This document shows, one piece after another, positions 1 through 8,775 of a DNA stretch of 43,508 bases. Position 1 is the first letter of the stretch, and each line of letters opens with the position of its first letter. This DNA is from Spirochaetota bacterium (GTDB lineage Bacteria; Spirochaetota; UBA4802; UBA5550): assembly GCA_038241375.1 (NCBI GenBank), contig JBBRFT010000003.1, forward strand, positions 1-43,508, written 5' to 3'. The translations under genes were made by a program, and so were the position numbers. Under the pieces are notes generated by a model. It was given only the letters and a program-made list of their open reading frames with translations. It was not told where the DNA came from and made no database searches.

Positions 1-265
1 CATATTATTTTTATATCATCGGGATTTCGTCCGCACTTAAGAGCGGTTTCAATTATTTCATTTTTTATTCTGTTATAGTTTTCGGTTATTGTCATATTAT
101 TAATTTAGTTAAAATCAAATAGTGTTAAGTTTGTTATCGTAAGAAAATAAATATTATATTATTTTATTACGATCAGAATTTATAGAATAATGTAATTACA
201 TTTATGCAGTCAAGGCTAAAAAGAAATTCTTGAATTAAATAAGAGGTCTATTTTTAGAATTTTAA

Positions 266-1888
266 CTATTTTTTCTTATTTATTAATCCGGCGAGCTTTA
301 TCAGCTCAGGTTCAAACGGATTAAGTTCCAAGGCTTTTGATATTAAAGCTTTAGCATCAGAATGTTTACCAGATATGTATTCTATTTGGGCAAGTCTCAT
401 CCATGAACCGTAATATGAAGGGACTATTTTTGATGCTTTAATGAAGTATTCTATTGCGCGGATATCTGATTCAGCGGATAAAACTTCAGCCATTCTAAGA
501 TATCCCCAAATGTTATCAGGGTATTTTTCAATCAATTTAAGATATTGAAGTGATGCTTTTTTGATATCGGATTTGTCACAATAATGATCACCTTCTATTA
601 TATAATTCATCCAGCACTTGTCACCTGTTGTCTGACGATGTGTATGGAAATCATTTTTATTATATTCCGAATTTGCAGAAATTTTGTTGGAGAAGTTGAG
701 AATACTTTTTATATTCATTTCATTAATACTCTGCTTATTCAGGTAGAGTCCGTTTTCCTCGGAATTAAACCAGATGTTGTCGCTGATGTTACCCATTTTC
801 ATGGAACTGGTGTAAATTTTTGTTCCGGGATAATATGCTACAGGTGAGACGATAACGTCATGGGGCTTTGTCTGCTGAACAAGCTTTTTTGTATCTTCAA
901 TATCGTCGGGGGTTTCACCTGTCATACCTGTCATTAAATAGAAAGATAGATAGACTCCGACTTTCCGGGTAATAGCTGATGCTTTTATAATTTTACCGGG
1001 AGTTATATGCTTATCATAAAGTTTTAGTATTTTTTCAGAGCCTGATTCAACTCCGAATTGTATATGTTCAAGCCCGGATCTTTTCATCGCGGAGAGCATC
1101 TCTTCATCTATTGTGTCGACTCTTGCCTGGCAGTTCCACATCATGTATAACTTGCTCTCATCAAGCAGACGGCAGAATTCGAGTACACGTTTTTTGTTTA
1201 GGGTAAAATTATCATCTCTTATTGAAAAATATATAATACCGAATTTTTTATTAATATGTTTAAGCTCGCTTACAATGTTTTCAGCACTCCGGTAAGTGAC
1301 TTTTTTATTCCAGAAATTCGGGGATGAGCAATATGTGCAGCTTGATGGGCATCCCCGTGAAGTTATAATATATTTGAATTGTTCATTAGGATTTACATTA
1401 ATTGTTTTACCGTTGAAAAGTGAAGGGAATTTAATAGAATCGAGATCTGTAATTCTTTCAGATGATATTACTCTTTCTTGATGTTTGAATGATTTATCTA
1501 TAAGTTTTTTTATGGAATATTCGCCTTCTCCTTTGACCAGAAAATCTATTTCGGGGTAGTGAGACATTATTTGGTCAGCAAGAAATGTCGGGTGCTGACC
1601 TCCGGCTACTATTACAATATTTTTATTTCTTTTTTTTAATTCGCGTATATATTTAAAAGATTCTGTTCTGTTAAATGAAAAGATGGAAACAGCAACAGCA
1701 TGGGGTTTTTCGGCGATAGTTAATTCCACAGCTTTTAAATAGCCGAATGAAGAAAGATTGGCAAGAGTAACTTCATGCCCCTCCTGCTCCAGGTATGATG
1801 CTATGGTGGTTATTCCGTAAGGCATAAGAGAGAGGTAGTAGTCATTGCGATCTTTGTAGTCGCAGAGGTAAACAGCGAAAATTTTCAT
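266..1888 (-). CDS. B12-binding-domain radical SAM protein with C-terminal TPR repeats
   Basis: N-terminal cobalamin-binding fold (PYGITTIASYL, VAGGQHPT, GEGE), SRGCPSSCTYC CxxxCxxC motif, DDNFT, GVESGS, PYYPGT-like core and a TPR-like C-terminus (ALELNP). Confidence 0.85.
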   Translation of the reverse strand: MKIFAVYLCDYKDRNDYYLSLMPYGITTIASYLEQEGHEVTLANLSSFGYLKAVELTIAEKPHAVAVSIFSFNRTESFKYIRELKKRNKNIVIVAGGQHPTFLADQIMSHYPEIDFLVKGEGEYSIKKLIDKSFKHQERVISSERITDLDSIKFPSLFNGKTINVNPNEQFKYIITSRGCPSSCTYCSSPNFWNKKVTYRSAENIVSELKHINKKFGIIYFSIRDDNFTLNKKRVLEFCRLLDESKLYMMWNCQARVDTIDEEMLSAMKRSGLEHIQFGVESGSEKILKLYDKHITPGKIIKASAITRKVGVYLSFYLMTGMTGETPDDIEDTKKLVQQTKPHDVIVSPVAYYPGTKIYTSSMKMGNISDNIWFNSEENGLYLNKQSINEMNIKSILNFSNKISANSEYNKNDFHTHRQTTGDKCWMNYIIEGDHYCDKSDIKKASLQYLKLIEKYPDNIWGYLRMAEVLSAESDIRAIEYFIKASKIVPSYYGSWMRLAQIEYISGKHSDAKALISKALELNPFEPELIKLAGLINKKK

Positions 1889-2652
1889 TTACAATCCGGA
1901 TTGATCGAGTTTACATATATCGGTGAAAGTTGTCCTGCTTTTTCTGATCCTGAAAAAAGACCAGCACGTGTAAACTGATCGGGATTTTCATTGTAAGCTT
2001 TATTCCATTCATTTAAATATTGTATTGAAAGAGGAAGGTATGACCAGTGCCATTTTTCCTCTTTGTATCCATCATCGCGTCCCTCGGTGTAGGGCTGACC
2101 AAATCCGTAATTTGATGCATTCATTTTAAGCCATTGATATATAATTTCGCCATCACCCTTTTTGTAATATTCATTGTTAAGAATATTTATGTCAAAATCA
2201 GTCCCCCAGTGGTGACGCGATGTTCCGGGCATGGATGAGTAATCAAGAATTATACGAGCTCTGATTATAGGGTCGCTAATTTTCGTTATATCTTTTACGC
2301 CAGTTGTTGGTCTTTTCCCATTCCATTTCCCCTCCCATATCGATTTCTGGGAATTGAAATTCCGTGTCGCGCTCCGAATAATAATCTTAATTTTGGGATA
2401 TTCTTTTTTAAAATCAGTAATAAGAAGCAGCCATGCGCCAGCTGCTTGCATGCGCAGATACATATCCCCGGAACATGGAATAGGTGTTTTTTTTATATTG
2501 ATAAAATCTATTTGCGTAGAGGGATCAAAACGGCCGGTAACATAATCAAAAACAGGAATCGCATAGATTCCTGTTTCTTTACTGAGCACATTTATTCTTA
2601 AAACTGAAAAGATTGTGATCAAAAATATGAATGTGATTGATTTTTTTAACAA
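1885..2652 (-). CDS. M15B (VanY-like) D-Ala-D-Ala carboxypeptidase, secreted or membrane-anchored
   Basis: SMPGTSRHHWGTDFD (SxHxxGxxxD) and EKWHWSY (ExWH) motifs. Start moved from 2775 to the in-frame TTG at 2652, which gives a signal-peptide-like N-terminus (MLKKSITFIFLITIF) and removes the overlap with the upstream small ORF. Confidence 0.85.
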   Translation of the reverse strand: MLKKSITFIFLITIFSVLRINVLSKETGIYAIPVFDYVTGRFDPSTQIDFINIKKTPIPCSGDMYLRMQAAGAWLLLITDFKKEYPKIKIIIRSATRNFNSQKSIWEGKWNGKRPTTGVKDITKISDPIIRARIILDYSSMPGTSRHHWGTDFDINILNNEYYKKGDGEIIYQWLKMNASNYGFGQPYTEGRDDGYKEEKWHWSYLPLSIQYLNEWNKAYNENPDQFTRAGLFSGSEKAGQLSPIYVNSINPDCK

Positions 2653-2674
2653 ATCTACTCTTGATAAACCGGAA

Positions 2675-2854
2675 TCAATGTTCCATCTGGCTTGTTGCAG
2701 GGGGATATGTTCCTTTCTTTCTTCTATAAATAGCGATACCGAATCTGATACAGCCGGAGACTGATACGAATGCAATTATTATGCTGGCGATTACGATGGT
2801 GTTTCTAACGAGAAGATGATATTCTCTCATGAAATCTATGATTGCCTTATCCAT
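2675..2854 (-). CDS. Small single-TM membrane protein, 59 aa (not in ORF track)
   Basis: Hand translation MDKAIIDFMREYHLLVRNTIVIASIIIAFVSVSGCIRFGIAIYRRKKGTYPPATSQMEH*. AAGGGG RBS upstream; hydrophobic helix followed by RRKK. Confidence 0.6.
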   Translation of the reverse strand: MDKAIIDFMREYHLLVRNTIVIASIIIAFVSVSGCIRFGIAIYRRKKGTYPPATSQMEH

Positions 2855-2956
2855 TAAGTACCCCTTTAAGAATCTTAAATTTAATTATTTTTATCATTTC
2901 ATGTATTAATGTCAATATTAATTCGTAATATTACGGGAAAATCAGCAATTATTAAT

Positions 2957-3052
2957 TAAGAAATGGCTCATAATCTAGTGGAATTTTATCCTCGCCGTGC
3001 CTTCGGTGCGGCGGAAAGCAATTTTACTAATGGTTTTTGAGAAGTTATTTAA
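2957..3052. repeat. Imperfect palindromic intergenic element (REP/MITE-like, family A)
   Basis: Nested inverted repeats: tagtggaatt/aattttacta around the inner hairpin cgccgtgcc-ttc-ggtgcggcg. Resembles 37206-37281. Confidence 0.45.
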
Positions 3053-3056
3053 ATCG

Positions 3057-3758
3057 CTATTTTAGCATGTATTTATGTCTTTCGGAATTATCAAGTTTCT
3101 CAATGGAATATCTGAGCATAGTTCTTGGCATAACTTTATGATATTTATCAAGAAAATTTCTCAGAACATTCAGATTCTTTTTCCCAGCTTCGCGCAGCAT
3201 CCACCCCGTTGCTTTATGTATAAGATCGTGTTTATGTTCAAGAAGATTCTCTGAAAAAGACAGAATTTCATTGAAGTCGTTTTTCTTTATGAAATAGTAT
3301 GTGCTTACAACCGCTATTCTCTGTTCCCATAGGTTGTTGCTTTTAATAAGCTGATATAATTTATCTTTGTTCTTACCATAATAAAAATGCCCGATTATCT
3401 GCGGTGCTGATAAATCTACAAGATCCCAGTTGTTTATACGCGAAGTTTTACTAAGGTAGAATTTCACTATTTTTTCCTGTTCTTTCTCATCACCTTTTTT
3501 ATACATCTCTATTAGGATAAGAAGAGCTGTGAGCCTGAATTCATGTACGGGGTCATCTAGGAGCATGCCAATTTCGGAGAGAGCGGTACCGGAGAAAAGT
3601 TTAGCAATTTTGCGCTGGTCGGGCACTGTTATGCCGATAAAGATGTCACCCTCTCCGTACTCACCTTTACCTGTCTTGAAGAAACGTGACAGGTGTATTG
3701 CCTTTTCTTTATCGGCAATTTTATTTAATTCATTTTTTATAGTTTCAGCTTTATGCAT
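3057..3758 (-). CDS. AlkD-family DNA alkylation repair protein
   Basis: FFKTGKGEYGEGD, NNWDLVD, LWEQRIA, HKATGWMLREAGK and MPRTMLRYSIEK are typical of this family. Confidence 0.88.
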   Translation of the reverse strand: MHKAETIKNELNKIADKEKAIHLSRFFKTGKGEYGEGDIFIGITVPDQRKIAKLFSGTALSEIGMLLDDPVHEFRLTALLILIEMYKKGDEKEQEKIVKFYLSKTSRINNWDLVDLSAPQIIGHFYYGKNKDKLYQLIKSNNLWEQRIAVVSTYYFIKKNDFNEILSFSENLLEHKHDLIHKATGWMLREAGKKNLNVLRNFLDKYHKVMPRTMLRYSIEKLDNSERHKYMLK

Positions 3759-3763
3759 CGGTT

Positions 3764-4657
3764 TTATTTTACCATTTCTTCGATTATAATTTTAACCGGT
3801 TTTATATCGTGTATTAGAGCGCTCACCTGTCCGGCACCTGCTGGTACAAGGTCGAAGTCGGCCGATTCCCATGCTTTAGAGGCATTAGCAAGTTTGAATT
3901 CTTTTTTTATATCAAAGTCCGGTGAATTGAGTTTCTCTCTTAATTCGGGTGTTATGATTGCTCTCATCATGAGATAATCGACGGGGAGGAGATCTGTCCC
4001 GCCATCTTCGCAGTTTATTATCTGGTCTTTCCATCTCTGTTGAGCGGGACTCTCTGTACATGCAAGGAATCTTGTCCCAATCTGTACTCCCTGGGCGCCA
4101 AGAGCGAGAGCAGCTCTGTAGCCTCTTGAATCGGCAATTCCTCCCGCAGCTACTACTGGTATATTTACACTGTCAGCAATCATGGGCACAAGAATCATAG
4201 TTGAAGATTCCGATCCGGTAGAGCGTAATCCGCCAGCTTCAGCGCCGGCGGCAATGATTCCGTCAGCGCCAGCTCTCTCCGCGCTAACAGCGTGTTTTAC
4301 GGAGAGAAGCACGTGGAGCCCCTTCATCTCCAGGTCGTGGAGCATGGGGTATATTTTGCCGGGGAATCCTACTGATGTTGTCACAGTCTTGATCCCCGAT
4401 TCGGCCAGGAGAGGCAGAATTTGTTCATTGAGGGGATTGATGATCATTATATTCGCGCCGAATGGTTTGTCTGTGAGTTTTTTAACTTCAAGTATAAGGC
4501 GCTTGATTTCTTCTAAATTTGAAGAGAATCCTAAAGCGAGCATACCATATCCTCCGGCATTGCTGATTGCCGCAATGAGTTCGGGACTATTCATCGCGCC
4601 TATCGGTCCCTGGATTATCGGATATTTTGTGTTCAGTATTTCATTTAAGTGTGTCAT
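3764..4657 (-). CDS. Nitronate monooxygenase / FabK-like FMN oxidoreductase
   Basis: YPIIQGP, AISNAGGYG, GAEAGG, PVVAAGGIAD and GVQIGTRF motifs. Likely start is ATG 4657 with a GGAG RBS; the ORF track extends to 4744. Confidence 0.85.
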   Translation of the reverse strand: MTHLNEILNTKYPIIQGPIGAMNSPELIAAISNAGGYGMLALGFSSNLEEIKRLILEVKKLTDKPFGANIMIINPLNEQILPLLAESGIKTVTTSVGFPGKIYPMLHDLEMKGLHVLLSVKHAVSAERAGADGIIAAGAEAGGLRSTGSESSTMILVPMIADSVNIPVVAAGGIADSRGYRAALALGAQGVQIGTRFLACTESPAQQRWKDQIINCEDGGTDLLPVDYLMMRAIITPELREKLNSPDFDIKKEFKLANASKAWESADFDLVPAGAGQVSALIHDIKPVKIIIEEMVK

Positions 4658-4874
4658 TGTATTCTCCGGTATTTTTTTTAATGCTAATTCCTTAATATGT
4701 ATTGTAGTATAAAATAAAGGATTATAATTCTTAGCGTTTTCCATGGCGAAGAGAATTGAATTTTCATATTAAAAAAAGTTAATAATATGTATGCAACAAA
4801 GTTCATACGGGTCAACTGTTTTTTACTTTTTTTAATTATTAATGATGATATTTTAAAAAAGAGTCTTTAATTCC

Positions 4875-4904
4875 TTGACTTAAAAATTTATTCTATGTTA
4901 GAGT
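4875..4904 (+). promoter_or_regulatory. Putative sigma70 promoter for the small-ORF cluster
   Basis: TTGACT, 18-nt spacer, then TAGAGT preceded by TG (extended -10-like), about 30 nt before ATG 4933. Confidence 0.4.
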
Positions 4905-4932
4905 AGTAAAACCTCAGAGAGCTGAATGCAAT

Positions 4933-5112
4933 ATGCCCGGTGAGCTAAATATAATAAATGACATATCAGATTCACCAGATGATCTCTTTACAAAAGAAAT
5001 CAACTCCACATCTTTGCGGATACGATTTTTAAAAAGAGAGATAGAAAAATCTATGATACTTAATCACGATTGCTCTAATGAGCACCTGGATTTTTTACTG
5101 CAAAGATTATGA
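4933..5112 (+). CDS. Hypothetical small protein, 59 aa (not in ORF track)
   Basis: MPGELNIINDISDSPDDLFTKEINSTSLRIRFLKREIEKSMILNHDCSNEHLDFLLQRL*. Its TGA overlaps the next ATG (ATGA at 5109-5112). Confidence 0.5.
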   Translation: MPGELNIINDISDSPDDLFTKEINSTSLRIRFLKREIEKSMILNHDCSNEHLDFLLQRL

Positions 5113-5309
5113 ATGATTTTTTTATGATACTATTAAAGTCCGGAGTATTCCTGATATCATATGCTGTTATATCAAGGGCTGTATTGCGATTTCTGCAAAA
5201 GCGGAATCCTTCTGCTAAGTTGTGGGATATCGAAATTATTGCTGTTTCTGCAGTCTTCTCAGTTATCGTGACATCACTTGTAAAACATATTTTAAAATTT
5301 TTTATTTGA
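5109..5309 (+). CDS. Small two-TM membrane protein, 66 aa
   Basis: Two hydrophobic segments separated by a basic loop; ATGA coupling to the upstream ORF. Confidence 0.6.
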   Translation: MNDFFMILLKSGVFLISYAVISRAVLRFLQKRNPSAKLWDIEIIAVSAVFSVIVTSLVKHILKFFI

Positions 5310-5356
5310 TTTAGAACATATTTTTATTATATTATATAAGGAATGGGAGGTGTAGT

Positions 5357-5518
5357 ATGGCTGTTCAAAATATTTCAGGCTCGGATATCGTTACAACACA
5401 ATTTTCGCCGGAATACACTCCAAAGAATGAGCAGATCCCAACAGATCAGACTCGTGAACCGGAGAGAGGGCGTTCTGTTGATGAAAGTAAAGGACAGAAA
5501 ATTGACGCTGTGGCGTGA
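5357..5518 (+). CDS. Small hydrophilic protein, 53 aa, ending KGQKIDAVA (not in ORF track)
   Basis: Strong GGAGGT RBS 5 nt before ATG. Translation MAVQNISGSDIVTTQFSPEYTPKNEQIPTDQTREPERGRSVDESKGQKIDAVA*. Confidence 0.65.
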   Translation: MAVQNISGSDIVTTQFSPEYTPKNEQIPTDQTREPERGRSVDESKGQKIDAVA

Positions 5519-5558
5519 GTGTTATTATTCTCCCGATAATTAGAGATAGGGGGTGGTT

Positions 5559-6896
5559 TTAATTCTTTTTGTATCCTATCTCTTTTATAAACCGGGGCAG
5601 TTCCTCCGGTCCATTTTTATAATATAAAAGATGAAGTTCTTTTTTTGCCCTTGTTAATGCCACATAAAAAAGTCGTCGCTCCTCTTCAATATCCGAAGTT
5701 TTATCGGGAATAATTTTATCCGATATCCCTGCAATTATAACAGCATCAAATTCCAGACCCTTCGATCCATGCATTGTCATAAACGTTATTTCTCTCCCGG
5801 AGTTATCGGATTCCATTTTACTTTTAAGATATGAACCCTGGTAGTTATTACGGTAGAGTACAGCTATGGAAAATTTTTCAGGAACTCTGCTGATAATTCG
5901 AAGAAGGACTTGAGCTTCGTTTTCCATATCTTCAATATTATACAATTTAACTTTTCCTCCTTTTCCATGATAAGATGTTATTTTTTTTGAAGTCCGGAAT
6001 TTATTAAGATTAATGAAGCGGTTTGATATTGTAATGATCTCTTTATGGGATCTGTAGTTGACCGTAAGTTTGTGAATTATAATACCGGGGAAAAATTTTT
6101 TTGCGTTGATAATATATTCAACACGGCTGTGGCGGAATTTGTAAATACTCTGGAAGTCATCGCCAACCATGAATAAGTTTCGGTTATTTTCTGGAAGAAG
6201 AAGTGAAAGCAGACGGAAATTGTTTTCGGATGTATCCTGAAATTCATCGACAAATATATACCTGTACATTGATGTTATCTTAGTCCTCACATGAGGATAT
6301 GTTTCGAGAAGTTCAGTGCTGTGATTTATCATATCTTCGAACTCAAGGAGCAGTTTCTCTTTTTTATAGTTCTCAAATTTACTTATGATATCAATTATTT
6401 CAGTGAATAGGGGACCCGATTTAAGTTTCTGAAGTATATTTTTATCAAGATGATCAATATTTTCTGCCAGTTTAATCACAGTATTTGCCGGAAGCCCCAG
6501 GAATCTTTCAGGCTTCTCCATTATCAGTTCTTTCATGATACTTTCTTTTTCGTCTTTTCCTATAACAGTAGGGAAGGATTCTATTTTCCGGTGTTTTAGA
6601 TATTCTTCTTTCTGATCCTTAAGAAGTTTAAGTGAGAATGAGTGAAAAGTTCCGGCGAAGCCCGGTTCACAATCGGTGTTAAGCTTTCCGGATAATCTCT
6701 CTTTAATTTCAAGTGCAGCTTTTTTGCTGAATGTAAGTATAAGGATTTGATCGGACCTGACAATTCGATGCTCAAGAATATTATGAATTTTTGTAATCAT
6801 TGTGCTTGTTTTGCCGGTTCCGGCACCGGCAATTACCAGGTTAATTCCGCCATCAGGTTTTGATGCGGCGAGTTGTTGTTGATTAATTATGCTCAT
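5559..6896 (-). CDS. UvrD/Rep/PcrA-family SF1A helicase, compact (lacks 2B subdomain)
   Basis: AGAGTGKT, LTFS, TFHS, DEFQD, VGDDFQSIYKFR, NYRS, MTMHGSKGLEF and EEERRLFYVALTRAK motifs are all present in 445 aa. Confidence 0.9.
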   Translation of the reverse strand: MSIINQQQLAASKPDGGINLVIAGAGTGKTSTMITKIHNILEHRIVRSDQILILTFSKKAALEIKERLSGKLNTDCEPGFAGTFHSFSLKLLKDQKEEYLKHRKIESFPTVIGKDEKESIMKELIMEKPERFLGLPANTVIKLAENIDHLDKNILQKLKSGPLFTEIIDIISKFENYKKEKLLLEFEDMINHSTELLETYPHVRTKITSMYRYIFVDEFQDTSENNFRLLSLLLPENNRNLFMVGDDFQSIYKFRHSRVEYIINAKKFFPGIIIHKLTVNYRSHKEIITISNRFINLNKFRTSKKITSYHGKGGKVKLYNIEDMENEAQVLLRIISRVPEKFSIAVLYRNNYQGSYLKSKMESDNSGREITFMTMHGSKGLEFDAVIIAGISDKIIPDKTSDIEEERRLFYVALTRAKKELHLLYYKNGPEELPRFIKEIGYKKN

Positions 6897-7070
6897 GATA
6901 TATATACGATGGAAAGTTGTAATATTTAAAAATTTTTCATAAAAAGATAAAAATTTTACAGTTTTTCAATCCGTTCAAATTCTTTTCAAAAATTTTTTTG
7001 TTGTTAAAAAAACAGTAGAACTTAACCTGTTCATTAGATTAAATTATATCTGTTTCAAAGGGGATTTACA

Positions 7071-7424
7071 ATGGGATTTTTCAGAGCGAAAGGGATCAAA
7101 GAGTACGAGGCAATAGCCGCTAAGAATAACGGTAAAGTTGCTATTCTTCTTGAAACCAGAAATGGTGATAAATCTCCTGCAACGAAGCTTGTGATGATGG
7201 TTGGTACTCCCCGGCAGTATTCGATTAAACTGAATGAACTGAAAATTTTCTTCGAGAATGCCTTTGATGAAAAGTTTCCCGTTAGAAACGAAACTACTTA
7301 CTGCAAATATCGTCCTGTGGATGAAGATTTTGAACTTGCTGAAGATTTTATAAAACTTAAAAGTACCGGCGAAGAGATTGTAATAAAAAAAGTTCCCTAT
7401 TACGCCGGACTTCTCGACAGGTAG
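7071..7424 (+). CDS. Hypothetical protein, 117 aa
   Basis: AAGGGGA RBS, protein-like composition, fills the gap between flanking genes. No family recognised. Confidence 0.7.
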   Translation: MGFFRAKGIKEYEAIAAKNNGKVAILLETRNGDKSPATKLVMMVGTPRQYSIKLNELKIFFENAFDEKFPVRNETTYCKYRPVDEDFELAEDFIKLKSTGEEIVIKKVPYYAGLLDR

Positions 7425-7427
7425 AGT

Positions 7428-8306
7428 TTATAATCCTCTCATTTTGTCAGATTTTATCAGTTTCTCATCCCGCGTTTCCAGTACATGATTTACTGTATCG
7501 AGCATTTTCTGTTTGTCGCGCTGAAGAGTTCCGTTTACAGGGAGATAATTCGAAGCGTGTACTCCAACGAATTTTAAATCATCTATAGTTATATTTTCAA
7601 AAATAATTTTCATCTCTTCAAGAGTTTCAAACGGGTCAAGTAATTGAAATTCACCCTTCTGCATCTGGTTAAACAGAATAGTTCCAGGTACAGGCGTGAC
7701 AGTTAACGCTGCGAGATATTTAGGCTTCATCTCATTGGTGATTTTTGCCGTGGCGAGTGCGTGCTCCCTTGATCTTTCACCTTTGCCGGCAAGACCAAGA
7801 AGTACCATGGAGGAGAGATTAAAACCGGCATTGTTTAAATTCAGTCCCGCCTGAAGCATCTCTTCATACCCGACACCCTTGTTTATCTCGCGGAGAAGTC
7901 TGTCGTCGCCTGTTTCAACTCCAAGATATGCTTTGGCTAAACCGGCGGCTCTTAATGCAGAGAGTTCTGAGATGCTTTTTCTCAGGACACTTCCAGGGCC
8001 GACGTAAGTTCCAACATGACGGAGTGATGGGAATGTTTTTTTAAGCTCTGCAAGTATTTCAAGAAGTATATCAGTTTCAATATCAATGGCATCTCCATCG
8101 CAGAGGAAAACTTTCTCAACATTGCCATAATGAGCTTTAGCAAGTTTAATATCCTCTTTTATATCTTCGAGAGATCTGATTTTATATTTTTTATCTTTGT
8201 ACATCCCGCAGAAAGTGCATTTGTTGTGTGAACATCCAACAGTACATTGAAGGAGATAGCTGTCTGCCTCGCTAAATGGTCTGAATATATTACCTTCGTA
8301 TCGCAT
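7428..8306 (-). CDS. Radical SAM protein, uncharacterised family
   Basis: MRYEGNIFRP..EA.SYLLQCTVGCSHNKCTFCGMYK (CX4CX2C), FLCDGDA, YLGVETG and HASNYL. Start at 8306; its GAGG RBS overlaps the upstream TGA. Confidence 0.85.
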   Translation of the reverse strand: MRYEGNIFRPFSEADSYLLQCTVGCSHNKCTFCGMYKDKKYKIRSLEDIKEDIKLAKAHYGNVEKVFLCDGDAIDIETDILLEILAELKKTFPSLRHVGTYVGPGSVLRKSISELSALRAAGLAKAYLGVETGDDRLLREINKGVGYEEMLQAGLNLNNAGFNLSSMVLLGLAGKGERSREHALATAKITNEMKPKYLAALTVTPVPGTILFNQMQKGEFQLLDPFETLEEMKIIFENITIDDLKFVGVHASNYLPVNGTLQRDKQKMLDTVNHVLETRDEKLIKSDKMRGL

Positions 8307-8313
8307 AAAAACC

Positions 8314-8766
8314 TCAGGAGAATCGGATAAGGAATACACCTGAAATTATCAGGAGTATTCCGGCAATCTTATAAATGTTTATCGGCTGAATCTTATATCC
8401 GGCCAGCCCGTAGTGGTCGAGTATGAGGGATGTAATCATCTGTCCAGCCATTATAAGAGCAAGCATGGATACAGCGCCGACTTTGTTCGCGAGTATTACG
8501 CATGAGGCAACATAGAAAGCGCCGAAAATTCCACCCGTCCAGATCCACCAAGGTGCACCGGAAAAAGCTCCGGCAGCGGGGAGGGGAGTTCTTGATATCA
8601 GCGCGAATACTATAAGGGTAACGCTCCCCGTAAGGAATGAGATGATAGAGGCCATAACAGGAGATCCGCTGAAAAAGCTTAAGCGCGAATTAATCCCTGC
8701 CTGAAGCGGAACTGTCGCACCAGCAACAAATGCCATTAAAAGATATATGAGAAAGTATTTAACCAT
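8314..8766 (-). CDS. DMT-superfamily transporter, YdcZ/DUF606 type
   Basis: PLQAGINSRL, PWWIWTGGIFGA and GQMITSLILDHYG signatures; about 5 TM helices. Confidence 0.88.
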   Translation of the reverse strand: MVKYFLIYLLMAFVAGATVPLQAGINSRLSFFSGSPVMASIISFLTGSVTLIVFALISRTPLPAAGAFSGAPWWIWTGGIFGAFYVASCVILANKVGAVSMLALIMAGQMITSLILDHYGLAGYKIQPINIYKIAGILLIISGVFLIRFS

Positions 8767-8775
8767 TTTATATTA

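Noticed and set aside
2653-2775. N-terminal extension of the M15 peptidase
   Set aside because: It overlaps a better-supported 59-aa ORF and would bury the signal peptide.
5343-5543. 66-aa ORF in the track (MGGVVWLF...)
   Set aside because: The overlapping frame 5357-5518 has a proper GGAGGT RBS and more natural composition; the track ORF starts within that RBS.
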